A DNA stretch of 64,000 nucleotides. Source: an uncultured virus (IMG/VR IMGVR_UViG_3300049982_000206). Taxonomy: Duplodnaviria > Heunggongvirae > Uroviricota > Caudoviricetes. Below, piece by piece: positions 46,602 through 55,303 of the stretch. Position 1 is the first letter of the stretch; each line of letters starts with the position of its first letter. Where the stretch lies: IMG/VR virus record IMGVR_UViG_3300049982_000206. One strand, given 5' to 3'. The notes beneath the pieces are model-generated. The model had not been told where the DNA came from. It did no database searches and saw only the letters and a program-made list of their open reading frames with translations. The position numbers and the translations under genes are program-made.

Positions 46602-46621
46602 CGGCGCACGCGACCAACGAT
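46588..46621 (+). promoter_or_regulatory. phage promoter motif
   Basis: CGCCGCGACGTTAGC-N13-AACGAT. Confidence 0.65.
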
Positions 46622-46627
46622 GTCGGG

Positions 46628-48226
46628 ATGAGCACCCCGGCGGTAGGAGACGAAGACGAGATGACAGCAACCGACGCCGAGGTGATCTCTGGTGAGGTCG
46701 TCGAGAATGCAACCGACCTGTCGGCTGGTGAGGCCCCGCCCGACTTAGGGCCGGATCTGACTGCCCCAACCGGTGACGAGCCGTCGGCGATCGAGGGCGA
46801 CATCATCCAGCCGGGTGATGTCGAGAAGCCGGTCGGCACGGTCGAACTCCGGACCCCTCACGGCTTCCTCACGCTCCGCCCGGGGCAGAGCCAGCTGGAC
46901 GAGAACCAGCACGCCGCCCTGATGGCCATCGGGATCGACCTGGTGAAGGACCCTGGGGTGCTACCGCACCTCCGTGCCTTCATCCACATGTGCCAGCTTC
47001 GGCAGCTCGACCCGTACGCCAAAGAGGCGTACTTGATCGGCCGCGGCAAGGGGGAGTACCGGAAGTGGACGATGCAGACCAGCATCGACGGCTACCGGAA
47101 GATGTCCGCCTCAACCGGGCGGTACATCCGCGTCAAGGCCCGGCTCTGGACTGGCCCGGAGGATGACCCCGCCTGCTGGCGCGAGGTCGAGGAGGACGGC
47201 GTACTCGTCCGCAAGCGGGTCTGGTACGACATGTGGCCGTCGAACCGCGGCTATCCCGGCTCGGCCATGGTCATCGTCGAGCACTACGACGAGCAGGGGA
47301 GGATCACGACCACGGCCGCCACGGCGGACTGGAAGTTCTATGCCCCGATGAACCCTGTGTACGAGGGGTCTGGCAACAACCGCCGCAAGAAACTCGATGC
47401 CAACGGCCAGCAGCTGATGGAACTGGCCGAAATGTGGGAGAAGGGCGATGCGCACATGCTGGCCAAGTGCGCCGAAGCGCTCGCCCACAGGCTGGCATTC
47501 CCCAACACCGTGCACGGGTTCTATGTCTCCGAGGAGATGCACCGTCTGGACCTGGAGGAGCGCAACCGGCGCATCGAGGAACAGCGGCGCGAGGGGGAGG
47601 AGCGGCGCGCGGCTGCACGCGCGAACGCCGACCAGCGCGCGCTGACCGCGCAGGCATCGAACCCGCCCGCCACGATCGAGACCGCCGTAACGGCGCGCGC
47701 CGGAGAACCGGTTCCTGCCGGTCAAGCAGTGCGCGAGACCGTTGAGCAGATGCGCGCGGCCACGCGCGCGCCTCGCGGTGAATCGCGCGCGCCCGCTAGC
47801 GCGCTTGGAACACCTGCGACGCGCGCGGACGAGGCCACTCGGCTGGATTGGCTGCGCGCGGAGGTTGCCATGCTCGCGCAGGTGTTCAGCATGCCGAAGG
47901 AGAAGCTGCTCGCGCGTCAGGTGGCGGCGAATGGCAAGCCGCTCGATCAGTTCACGGCTGATGAGCTGCTCGCAGCGGTTCAGCCGATGCGCGCGTCGGG
48001 CGCGGCGCGGCTGCGCGCGGCCGGCCGGGGAGCGGAGGCTGCGGCATACGAGACGATCGCGCCGGGCGCGGTGATGCCGCTCGACATCCTGCTGGGGACG
48101 CGCGCGTCAGAGGTGGCCGCTGAGGATGTTCCAGTTGATCCGAGCGCACCTCATGGCTACGTCGATGCTGGAGGCATCTGCAGCAGCTGTGGAGCGTTCG
48201 AGGACGAGCCGATCCACAGGGGCTAG
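46628..48226 (+). CDS. RecT/Bet-like ssDNA annealing protein with C-terminal extension
   Basis: FIHMCQLRQLDPYAKEAY, QTSIDGYR, MLAKCAEALAHRLAFP..GFY..EEM. Confidence 0.85.
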   Translation: MSTPAVGDEDEMTATDAEVISGEVVENATDLSAGEAPPDLGPDLTAPTGDEPSAIEGDIIQPGDVEKPVGTVELRTPHGFLTLRPGQSQLDENQHAALMAIGIDLVKDPGVLPHLRAFIHMCQLRQLDPYAKEAYLIGRGKGEYRKWTMQTSIDGYRKMSASTGRYIRVKARLWTGPEDDPACWREVEEDGVLVRKRVWYDMWPSNRGYPGSAMVIVEHYDEQGRITTTAATADWKFYAPMNPVYEGSGNNRRKKLDANGQQLMELAEMWEKGDAHMLAKCAEALAHRLAFPNTVHGFYVSEEMHRLDLEERNRRIEEQRREGEERRAAARANADQRALTAQASNPPATIETAVTARAGEPVPAGQAVRETVEQMRAATRAPRGESRAPASALGTPATRADEATRLDWLRAEVAMLAQVFSMPKEKLLARQVAANGKPLDQFTADELLAAVQPMRASGAARLRAAGRGAEAAAYETIAPGAVMPLDILLGTRASEVAAEDVPVDPSAPHGYVDAGGICSSCGAFEDEPIHRG

Positions 48227-48237
48227 TCGCGGAAAGC

Positions 48238-48279
48238 AGAATGGCCCGGCGCTCCCCCTGCGGGGCGCCGGGCCATTCT
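48238..48279. terminator. bidirectional terminator
   Basis: AGAATGGCCCGGCGC...GCGCCGGGCCATTCT then T-run. Confidence 0.8.
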
Positions 48280-48290
48280 TTGTTGAGCGG

Positions 48291-48803
48291 TCAGCCAGTC
48301 ATGCCGTCGCCGACAAGTCTGAACGACCGTGGATCGGCGTCGGCGTCGCGGCGACGCTCACACCAGGCGTTCAGCTCCTCCGCCAGGGCGTTGATCTCTT
48401 CCAGGCTCTCTGGCACGTCCTTGATGAGGCCGGCCATCTCTACCGTCTCGTACTCGGAAGCTGCTCCGTGGTTGAGGGCTTGGAGCCATTCCTGTTCGAC
48501 TGGGCCGTATTGGGCAACCACCCACTCCTCGTCGTACCCGTGGGCGTGGGCGATCTGTTTCCAGGAGTGGCCGAGGGACCTTTCCAGGAGGACCGCCCGC
48601 ACGAGGAGTGCCATCGACAAGGTGCGCACTCGTCGCGCCTGGGTGATGAACGCTCCCGGGACATGAAGATGGTCTTCGCTGTTCGGTACGAGCGCGGCGG
48701 TGTAGTCGCTGATTTCCGCCGCTGTCGCGGAGTATCCGACCCGTGCTGCTGCGTGCTGCGGAAGGGAATTCTCCACGGCCGGCGGCTCATCCGATGAGGC
48801 CAT
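48291..48803 (-). CDS. hypothetical protein, possible HTH (ERSLGHSWKQIAHAHG)
   Basis: GGGAG RBS; HTH-like motif. Confidence 0.6.
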   Translation of the reverse strand: MASSDEPPAVENSLPQHAAARVGYSATAAEISDYTAALVPNSEDHLHVPGAFITQARRVRTLSMALLVRAVLLERSLGHSWKQIAHAHGYDEEWVVAQYGPVEQEWLQALNHGAASEYETVEMAGLIKDVPESLEEINALAEELNAWCERRRDADADPRSFRLVGDGMTG

Positions 48804-49202
48804 CGATGCTCCCGTTGGGACAGCGCTTCGAAGGCGTTGGTGGACGTGTCGGGATCCCCCGCTGGACGCGCATCGGCGCGATTTGTCTGGGGTCATAGAA
48901 GTCATTTCTGGGAGAGCGAAGTGGTGCTGGATGGTTTCGCTTACGCCCAGGTCCGTAGCCAACGGTCGAAGGCGTCAGACGGATGGTAATGCCCGGGTGC
49001 GGTCTGGACGTTGCGCGGCATCGCTGCGCTGCATCCATTTCGGGCCCCCCTTCTCCGAATGGAACTGCTTTGAGGCTAGCCCCCACGTTGGCCCGTGGTC
49101 GAGACACGCCGCCGGATTTCACACAGGCCTAATCTCGCAAACAAGCGGTTGCGCGCGACGCGCGGCGCGATGTAGCATGCGTACACACGCTTAGCATCCG
49201 TT

Positions 49203-49236
49203 CGACGCGACGCTAAGCGCGCACCAGTCCTACGGT
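49203..49236 (+). promoter_or_regulatory. phage promoter motif
   Basis: CGACGCGACGCTAAG-N13-TACGGT. Confidence 0.8.
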
Positions 49237-49328
49237 CCCCCAATGACCCGGACACCCCCGCGGATGAGCACCCGCACAACAGGAGAGACCCAGATGCGAA
49301 CAAACCGCCGTATCCCGGTTGGTGCCCG

Positions 49329-50720
49329 ATGAGCACCCGGCTACCAATCAAGCGCGCCCGCAGGATCATCGCCGCTGGAATCCCGTTCGGCCCGCAGACG
49401 AACCCATGTGCGTGCGACCACGGCCAGCACCAGCACACCGGCAAGCTCACAACGGGAAAGTGCCGCGCCGCTGACTGCAGCTGCGTGAAGTACCGCATCG
49501 ACCCGGCATGGGAACTGGCGTACCGGGCGTATGCCGCGGGCAACACCAGTTTGGGCCACGCGTTGCGGGAGTACGACGCCCAGCAAAGGGCCGGCCACAA
49601 CAAGAAGAACCCACGCCAGGCGGGGGAGTGGTCGCTCGGGCCGTCCGACGCTGGATCGTGCCGCCGGGCCATCTGGTACCGCAACATGCCGCCGAGCGAC
49701 TTGGTCCGCGACCCAGTCGATCAGCGCGAAGCGCGGATGGGCGAGATCATCCACACCGAGGCGGTCCGCCGCCTGCAGAAACTGTTCCCCTGGCGCGAGT
49801 TCGAGCAGCCGGTCAGCATCCCCGGCCTCGACCGGAAGGCCCGGTTCGACTGGTACGACGAGATCACCGCCGAAGTCGAGGACCTCAAGACGGCCGGTGA
49901 CTGGCGCTGGGACCAGGTCAACGACTTCGGTGCATCCGACGACGTCTGGAAGCAGGTCTTCCTGTACGGCCTCGGGTTGCACTTGGAAGGGAAGCCGGTC
50001 GACACCGTCCGGGTCACCTACCTCAAGCGTTGCAACGGCCACGACCAGACATTCGTCCGAGACTTCGACATTGCCGAGGCGCAGGCCTACCGCAATGAGT
50101 TGCTCGCAATCGCCCAGGCACTCGACATCGTGCATGCCGAGATGGAAACCGTCCTGGCCGAAAACCCGGACACCAGCTACGACCCCGGCGAACTGCTACC
50201 CCGTGACCGGTCCGGTCCCTCGACCGATCCGCTGTGCGCTCGGTGCCCGTTCCGTAGCCACTGCTGGAATCTGGAGCAGGCTGAGGCCGCCGGGCGTTCG
50301 GGGGAGTCGTACACCGTCCTTGGCCCGGATCCGGTCGACGAGGACGTCGTCTGGGCCATTGAGCAGAACGTTGAGGCGAAGGCTCAGTACAACGACTGGA
50401 AGAAGGTCAAGGACGAGACCGCCGCCTTGATCGAAGGCCTCCCGCCGCGCCGGTACGGCGACGTCAAGATCGATGAGCAGTGGTACGGCGGCGGCCCGAA
50501 CTACAAGCAGGACGCCGAAGACCTTCGCCGGATGCTCTTGGCCGGAGAAGTACCCGACGTCGAGCACATGCCCGTGCCGAAGTACGACAAGAAGCCGTCT
50601 CTGATTGCCCGTCGCGTGGCCAAATCCGTTCTCGACAAGGAGAAGCGGGCCCGCGCCAAAGCACTCGGAGAGGCTGCCAAAACGACCGCGGAGGAACTCA
50701 CCACGGAGGTGACCGCATGA
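49329..50720 (+). CDS. Cas4/RecB-like PD-(D/E)xK exonuclease
   Basis: SDAGSCRR..W, GEIIH, D...DLKT, QVFLYG, CARCPFRSHC. Confidence 0.85.
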   Translation: MSTRLPIKRARRIIAAGIPFGPQTNPCACDHGQHQHTGKLTTGKCRAADCSCVKYRIDPAWELAYRAYAAGNTSLGHALREYDAQQRAGHNKKNPRQAGEWSLGPSDAGSCRRAIWYRNMPPSDLVRDPVDQREARMGEIIHTEAVRRLQKLFPWREFEQPVSIPGLDRKARFDWYDEITAEVEDLKTAGDWRWDQVNDFGASDDVWKQVFLYGLGLHLEGKPVDTVRVTYLKRCNGHDQTFVRDFDIAEAQAYRNELLAIAQALDIVHAEMETVLAENPDTSYDPGELLPRDRSGPSTDPLCARCPFRSHCWNLEQAEAAGRSGESYTVLGPDPVDEDVVWAIEQNVEAKAQYNDWKKVKDETAALIEGLPPRRYGDVKIDEQWYGGGPNYKQDAEDLRRMLLAGEVPDVEHMPVPKYDKKPSLIARRVAKSVLDKEKRARAKALGEAAKTTAEELTTEVTA

Positions 50721-50992
50721 CCACAGAACCCGTTGAACTGCTATCGATCGTCGACGGTGAGGCGATCCAGGAAGAGCCGGACTGGCAGGAGCGCGCCCTG
50801 TGCGCGCAGACCGATCCGGAGGCGTTCTTCCCCGAGAAGGGCGGCAGCACCCGCGAAGCGAAAAAGGTCTGTCTCAGCTGCGATGTGCGCGGCGAATGCT
50901 TGGAGTACGCCCTCGCCAACGAGGAGCGCTTCGGGATCTGGGGCGGCCTGTCGGAGCGCGAGCGCCGCAAGCTGCGACAGCAAGCCAGCTGA
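50717..50992 (+). CDS. whiB: WhiB-family Fe-S transcription factor
   Basis: WQERALCAQTDPEAFFPEKGGSTREAKKVCLSCDVRGECLEYAL...GIWGGLSERERR. Confidence 0.97.
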   Translation: MTTEPVELLSIVDGEAIQEEPDWQERALCAQTDPEAFFPEKGGSTREAKKVCLSCDVRGECLEYALANEERFGIWGGLSERERRKLRQQAS

Positions 50993-51270
50993 TGCACGTC
51001 ACATCCGCCGGCCTCTGTGCCTGTGGCAAGGGCCGGTACGTCAGCCGAAAGGCCGCACGCCATGCAGGCAAGGCCAACCACCCCGGCGAGCACCTGTCGT
51101 CGTACCGGTGCGGCCCCTACTGGCACTACGGCCACCTCAAACGGCGAGTGCTCACCGGAGCCATGACCCGCGACGGCCAGACCAACGGCGCCGTATCCAG
51201 ACTCCCCGCGACCGTCCTGGCCCAGATGCGATCGATCTGGGAAGCAACCCGCTCCACCAGCAGCACTTGA
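50992..51270 (+). CDS. hypothetical Zn-binding protein
   Basis: C.CGK.RY..R..A...YRC..WHYGH. Confidence 0.65.
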   Translation: MHVTSAGLCACGKGRYVSRKAARHAGKANHPGEHLSSYRCGPYWHYGHLKRRVLTGAMTRDGQTNGAVSRLPATVLAQMRSIWEATRSTSST

Positions 51271-51301
51271 ACACCCACCCTGAACGCGAGAGGACATCCC
51301 G

Positions 51302-51730
51302 TTGGACACCCCGATCACGGTCATCCGCGAAGCACTACTGCGGCCCGTACCGTGCCCCCAGTGCGCGAGCACCAAGCCGTGCCGCTGCCTGGTCGATGCC
51401 GATGTTCGCCTTGAGGCCAAGGCGAACATCGTCTGGGACGCCCTCGTCAGCAGCGGCGTACTGACCGCCCAGCAGCCGGCCACCGAACTCACCCAGGCCG
51501 AGATCGAAGAGGTCGCCAAGTACCTCGCCCACGAGTCCCGGTTCGTCCGGTACAGCGACGACGGGTGGCGCATGTTGCTGACCTCTGAGACCGACGTGAG
51601 GGTTGCCCACGCGAAGGCCGCCGCGGTCACTCAGGGCGGCTCTAAAGAGCAGTCAGACGCACTTGGGCGGGCTCGCGACCTGCTGGTGGGCCATATCGAG
51701 CAGCGGCGTGCCGCCGAAGGCGGAGAGTGA
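51302..51730 (+). CDS. hypothetical protein (CPQC..PC)
   Basis: GAGAGG RBS; Cys cluster. Confidence 0.6.
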   Translation: MDTPITVIREALLRPVPCPQCASTKPCRCLVDADVRLEAKANIVWDALVSSGVLTAQQPATELTQAEIEEVAKYLAHESRFVRYSDDGWRMLLTSETDVRVAHAKAAAVTQGGSKEQSDALGRARDLLVGHIEQRRAAEGGE

Positions 51731-52013
51731 AACGCGTGTACGTTCAGTCCAGAAACGACGACGGCGGCTTCGCCTCCAGAGGGTTGGCTCCCCTCGGTGA
51801 CTTCGCCGCCGTCAGGCCTCGATCGGAGTTCGTGGAAGTCCTCCGACCTGAGACCAGCCCATCCGATGTCGTACTCATCAGGAGAGGCTCGATGACGAGC
51901 GTACCTGCCGTACCCCCGTACTTGTCCACCGACACGCGCCGCTCCTCCAGCGTGCACACGCTAAGCGGACACGCGCTCCTCGCCCCTCAGGCCGATGTCA
52001 CGGAGGTATCGGT

Positions 52014-53060
52014 ATGAGTGGGCTTGTTCCGCTGGTCTGGGCATTCAAAGTCGCCCCCGTGAAGGACAGCATCGAGAAGCTCGTCCTGCAGGTGCTCGCC
52101 GACTCCGGCGACGAGGACGGCTGCAACTGCTATCCGTCTCAGGACACCATCGCTGAGCGCGCCATGATCAGCGGCCGCTCGGTCCGGGATCGCCTCGGCG
52201 AACTGGAGCAGCGTGGATTGATCCAGCGCGGAGACCAGCGCGCGGCGGCACACATCCCGGCGGACAAGCGACCGGTGGTCTGGGACGTCATGATCCCGTA
52301 CACCGCATTCGGCGACGGCATCAACAGCGTCAACGCATACCGCAAGGGCAAGGGGCGCCCGCCGCTGACCGTCGAGAACCGGCCAGCTCTGCCTCCAGCA
52401 CCCGCTCCGAAAAAGCGGGCTGACGCGGGCAAGAAGCGCTCAAAGACTGCTGAAGAGCGGCCGGAATCAGAGACCGGCCGGAATACAACGCCGCCCGGAA
52501 TGGAAGTCCCCCCGGAGTTTGATGCCCCAGCGGCCGGAATACAACGCCGTGAGCGGCCGGAATACAACGCCGACAACCTTCCCCCCACCCACCTTCCCCA
52601 AGACCTTCCCCTTAGGGACCCCGCCGACAAGTCGACGGGCGACGAGCAGACGATGTTGGTCGTCGTCGGTGCTACCGGTGGCGCGAGTTCAACACGCGCC
52701 ACCGGTACGGGGGAGTCGGAAACGAAGGCCCGTGACAGCCAGGCGCGGGAGATCACCGAGGGCTGGTTCCGGTACTACGAGACCAAGTTCTCGCCGATCC
52801 CAGGCAGCAGTCGCGTGTTTCACTCGCTCCGGACGCAGATCGCTGACGCGCTGAAGGCGGAGTACACCCCGGACGAGATCAAGATCGCGCTTGCCCACAC
52901 CAACGGCCCGGGCAAGACACCGGAGGCGTGCCCCAGCAAGCAGCAGTTCACGCGCGCGCTTGTCGCCGTACGCACTCACCACCAGCCCGCCTCGGTCGCC
53001 TCGGTGCACCGAATGGACCCGGGCTCGTCCGACGTACAGCGTCGTGCGAACGCCTGGTGA
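52014..53060 (+). CDS. replication initiator (N-terminal winged HTH)
   Basis: KLVLQVLAD..DEDG..CYPSQDTIAER..SGRSV...L.ELE..GLI; precedes DnaC-like gene. Confidence 0.8.
   Translation: MSGLVPLVWAFKVAPVKDSIEKLVLQVLADSGDEDGCNCYPSQDTIAERAMISGRSVRDRLGELEQRGLIQRGDQRAAAHIPADKRPVVWDVMIPYTAFGDGINSVNAYRKGKGRPPLTVENRPALPPAPAPKKRADAGKKRSKTAEERPESETGRNTTPPGMEVPPEFDAPAAGIQRRERPEYNADNLPPTHLPQDLPLRDPADKSTGDEQTMLVVVGATGGASSTRATGTGESETKARDSQAREITEGWFRYYETKFSPIPGSSRVFHSLRTQIADALKAEYTPDEIKIALAHTNGPGKTPEACPSKQQFTRALVAVRTHHQPASVASVHRMDPGSSDVQRRANAW
52458..52612 (+). repeat. iterons inside initiator gene (putative origin)
   Basis: CGGCCGGAATACAACGCCG at 52475, 52531, 52554, partial at 52458; ACCTTCCCC x3 downstream. 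Confidence 0.75.
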
Positions 53061-53101
53061 ATACCCCTGAAGAGCAGCAGGGGACCGAACAGGAGACGGA
53101 A

Positions 53102-53848
53102 ATGACCGCAGAGCACCAGGAGTGCGCGCCGGAAGCGCGCGCGCCCGAGAATCGCTATACCCGCGCGACGCGCACCGGGAGTGACATCATGCGCGCGCTT
53201 CTTGCGCGTATGCCTGAGACAGCACGCGCTCGCGCCGCGCGCGAAGAATTCGACTACCCGCGCGAAGAGTCCACTGAAGAGGGGCGCGCGCGTAAGGAAC
53301 TCGCACACGTGCGGCGCGCGGCTGCCTGGGTGAAGGGGGTGCCGCGGAAGTACCGCGACGCGCGCATGGAGCAACTGCTACCGGAGCAGCAGCCTGACAA
53401 ACTGCGCGCGTGGCTGGCCAGTTCGAGTGAAGTCCTGGTGCTCGCGTCGCCGACCGTCGGAAACGGAAAGACGTACGCCGCGTACGCCGTTTGCTGGGCC
53501 GCGCACGAAGCTGGCCAGTGGGTCTGTGCGCGCACAGCGGCCGACCTCATGGCGGCTCTTCGTCCGGCTGAAGCGCACGAACCCGAGATCTGGCACACCG
53601 TCACCAAGTGCGACCTGCTGTTGATCGATGACCTCGGGCAAGACCGCCTGACCGAGTGGACGCGTGAGCAGCTGCATCGGCTGATCAACGAGCGTAACGC
53701 CGAGGGCCGCCGGACGATCGTAACGACCAATCGAGGCCCGCGTGAGATCGAGGAAATCTACGGTCCCGCGATCGCTGACCGGCTGATCGACGAAGCGACT
53801 CCGATCAAGTTCATGGGCGAGAGCCGACGCCGACCATCCGAGTGGTGA
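53102..53848 (+). CDS. DnaC/IstB-like AAA+ helicase loader
   Basis: GNGKT, LLLIDDLG, TIVTTN, DRL, GESRR; start may be GTG 53057. Confidence 0.88.
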   Translation: MTAEHQECAPEARAPENRYTRATRTGSDIMRALLARMPETARARAAREEFDYPREESTEEGRARKELAHVRRAAAWVKGVPRKYRDARMEQLLPEQQPDKLRAWLASSSEVLVLASPTVGNGKTYAAYAVCWAAHEAGQWVCARTAADLMAALRPAEAHEPEIWHTVTKCDLLLIDDLGQDRLTEWTREQLHRLINERNAEGRRTIVTTNRGPREIEEIYGPAIADRLIDEATPIKFMGESRRRPSEW

Positions 53849-53853
53849 CCGCC

Positions 53854-53887
53854 CGGCACGACGTTAAGCAGGTGCCCGCTCTAGCGT
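53854..53887 (+). promoter_or_regulatory. phage promoter motif
   Basis: CGGCACGACGTTAAG-N13-TAGCGT. Confidence 0.65.
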
Positions 53888-53895
53888 CCCCCGGT

Positions 53896-54186
53896 ATGAC
53901 CGAGACCGAGTACGAAGCCGTCGTCGAAGCCGAGCGTGCGTTCGGCCGGATCCAGGTCCACCAGCAGTTCCGGGCCCTCGCGAGAGACCTCGGGTTGCCG
54001 AAGGACTGCTCGCTGCCCGCCAACGCTCGGCAGCGGTTCCCGCGCTGGTACGTCGACACGAGCGGCGTCCTGGAGGCCGGCGAGCAGGCGGCCAGGATCC
54101 AGATGCGAACGGAACTGGCCTACCGGTTCAGCATGCCGACCTTCGTAGCGACGCCCGCGAGGCTCGAATACACCAACGTCGCCTGA
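53896..54186 (+). CDS. hypothetical protein
   Basis: ATG 8 nt after promoter -10. Confidence 0.55.
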   Translation: MTETEYEAVVEAERAFGRIQVHQQFRALARDLGLPKDCSLPANARQRFPRWYVDTSGVLEAGEQAARIQMRTELAYRFSMPTFVATPARLEYTNVA

Positions 54187-54225
54187 ACCCCTGAGAGCCC
54201 GACCCAGGGTCTTGCGGTGGTATTC

Positions 54226-54259
54226 CGCCGCGACACTAACCACACCCCAGCAGCACGAT
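54226..54259 (+). promoter_or_regulatory. phage promoter motif
   Basis: CGCCGCGACACTAAC-N13-CACGAT. Confidence 0.75.
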
Positions 54260-54297
54260 CAGGACCGGACGAGCAACCCGGTCCGCTAGGAGACCAC

Positions 54298-54384
54298 ATG
54301 ATCCACATCGACATCCGCAGCCTGCTCGCCTTCACCGGTGAGATGCTGATCGCCGCTCTCGCCGTACTGCGGTGCGCAGGATGA
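54298..54384 (+). CDS. 28-aa hydrophobic micro-ORF
   Basis: AGGAGA RBS; ATGA overlap with 54381. Confidence 0.45.
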   Translation: MIHIDIRSLLAFTGEMLIAALAVLRCAG

Positions 54385-54929
54385 AGCTCCTCGGCGCCGG
54401 CTACACCGCCTGCGAGAAGTGCGGTGGCGGAATGCCTCACGACGTCGACGATGACCTCGTCTGCCGGTGCGGCACCGTCTGGGTAAACCAGTACGCCGTC
54501 GAGCAGTACCTCGCAGACTGGGACGCCATCGGCCTGGCCCTGACCACCCGGTCCGGCAACCGCTGCGAGATCCGCTCGCCGTGGTGCCTCGGCGGTAAGC
54601 ACGGCGACCTGTCGAAACTCCCACGGCACCGCGTCTCGTTCCATCACCGCCGGCCAAGGGGGATGGGCGGCACTCGTCGAGCGGATGTCCACTCGCTGTC
54701 TGCGCTCGTGCTCACCTGCGGCGACGGTACCCAGGGCTGCCACGGCTACGCCGAAAGCTACCGCGAGTGGGCCCGAGACGAACGCGGCCTACTCGTGCCG
54801 AACATCGGCACAGGGGATGCCATCGACCCGGCCGTCGTACCACTCGTCCTGGCGTCGGGACGGCGGGTGCTGCTTCCTCCAGACCTCCCGCGCTACCTCC
54901 CAGCGCCTGGGCTGGCATACGCCGTCTGA
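54381..54929 (+). CDS. HNH-like endonuclease
   Basis: RCE..C, HHRRPRGMGG, LTCG...GCHG. Confidence 0.75.
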   Translation: MKLLGAGYTACEKCGGGMPHDVDDDLVCRCGTVWVNQYAVEQYLADWDAIGLALTTRSGNRCEIRSPWCLGGKHGDLSKLPRHRVSFHHRRPRGMGGTRRADVHSLSALVLTCGDGTQGCHGYAESYREWARDERGLLVPNIGTGDAIDPAVVPLVLASGRRVLLPPDLPRYLPAPGLAYAV

Positions 54930-54954
54930 CGTCGATCGAGCGGCGCAAACGAAA

Positions 54955-54986
54955 AGGCCGCGGCTCCCGTAAGGGGACCGCGGCCT
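54955..54986. terminator. bidirectional stem-loop
   Basis: AGGCCGCGG...CCGCGGCCT preceded by an A-run. Confidence 0.7.
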
Positions 54987-55057
54987 GTGCTATCGTCTTC
55001 CTCGTAACCCCCGGTGTCCGCCTCTGCTTCGGCAAGCTGCCCGGGGGATTGCTATGT

Positions 55058-55303
55058 CTAGGACTCAGCCAGCATTCCTTTGCCGTCGAGGACCCGGTAG
55101 TACATGCCGTTACGCTGCTTGACCTTGCGGCCCTCGGTCTCCAACGCGCGGGCCGCCTGCGTCAGCGCCGTGTCCCAGTCGTTGCGTTCGTCGCCGTCGA
55201 CCGGTCCGCGCTTCATCGCGGATACCAGAGCCGCGGCTGACTCCCAGGTAGCTGCCTCGCCCGTCGGGTCATAGTTCGCCTGGTCGGTCGGCTCGGCGGT
55301 CAT
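55058..55303 (-). CDS. hypothetical protein
   Basis: Coupled to GNAT stop; GAGG RBS. Confidence 0.55.
   Translation of the reverse strand: MTAEPTDQANYDPTGEAATWESAAALVSAMKRGPVDGDERNDWDTALTQAARALETEGRKVKQRNGMYYRVLDGKGMLAES

Noticed and set aside
49329..50720. Cas4-like gene as evidence of CRISPR-Cas
   Set aside because: No array or other cas genes seen; near RecT it is best read as the phage recombination exonuclease
51727..52017. 96-aa ORF before the initiator
   Set aside because: Overlaps neighbours neatly but has atypical composition and contains a regulatory-looking motif; not called with confidence
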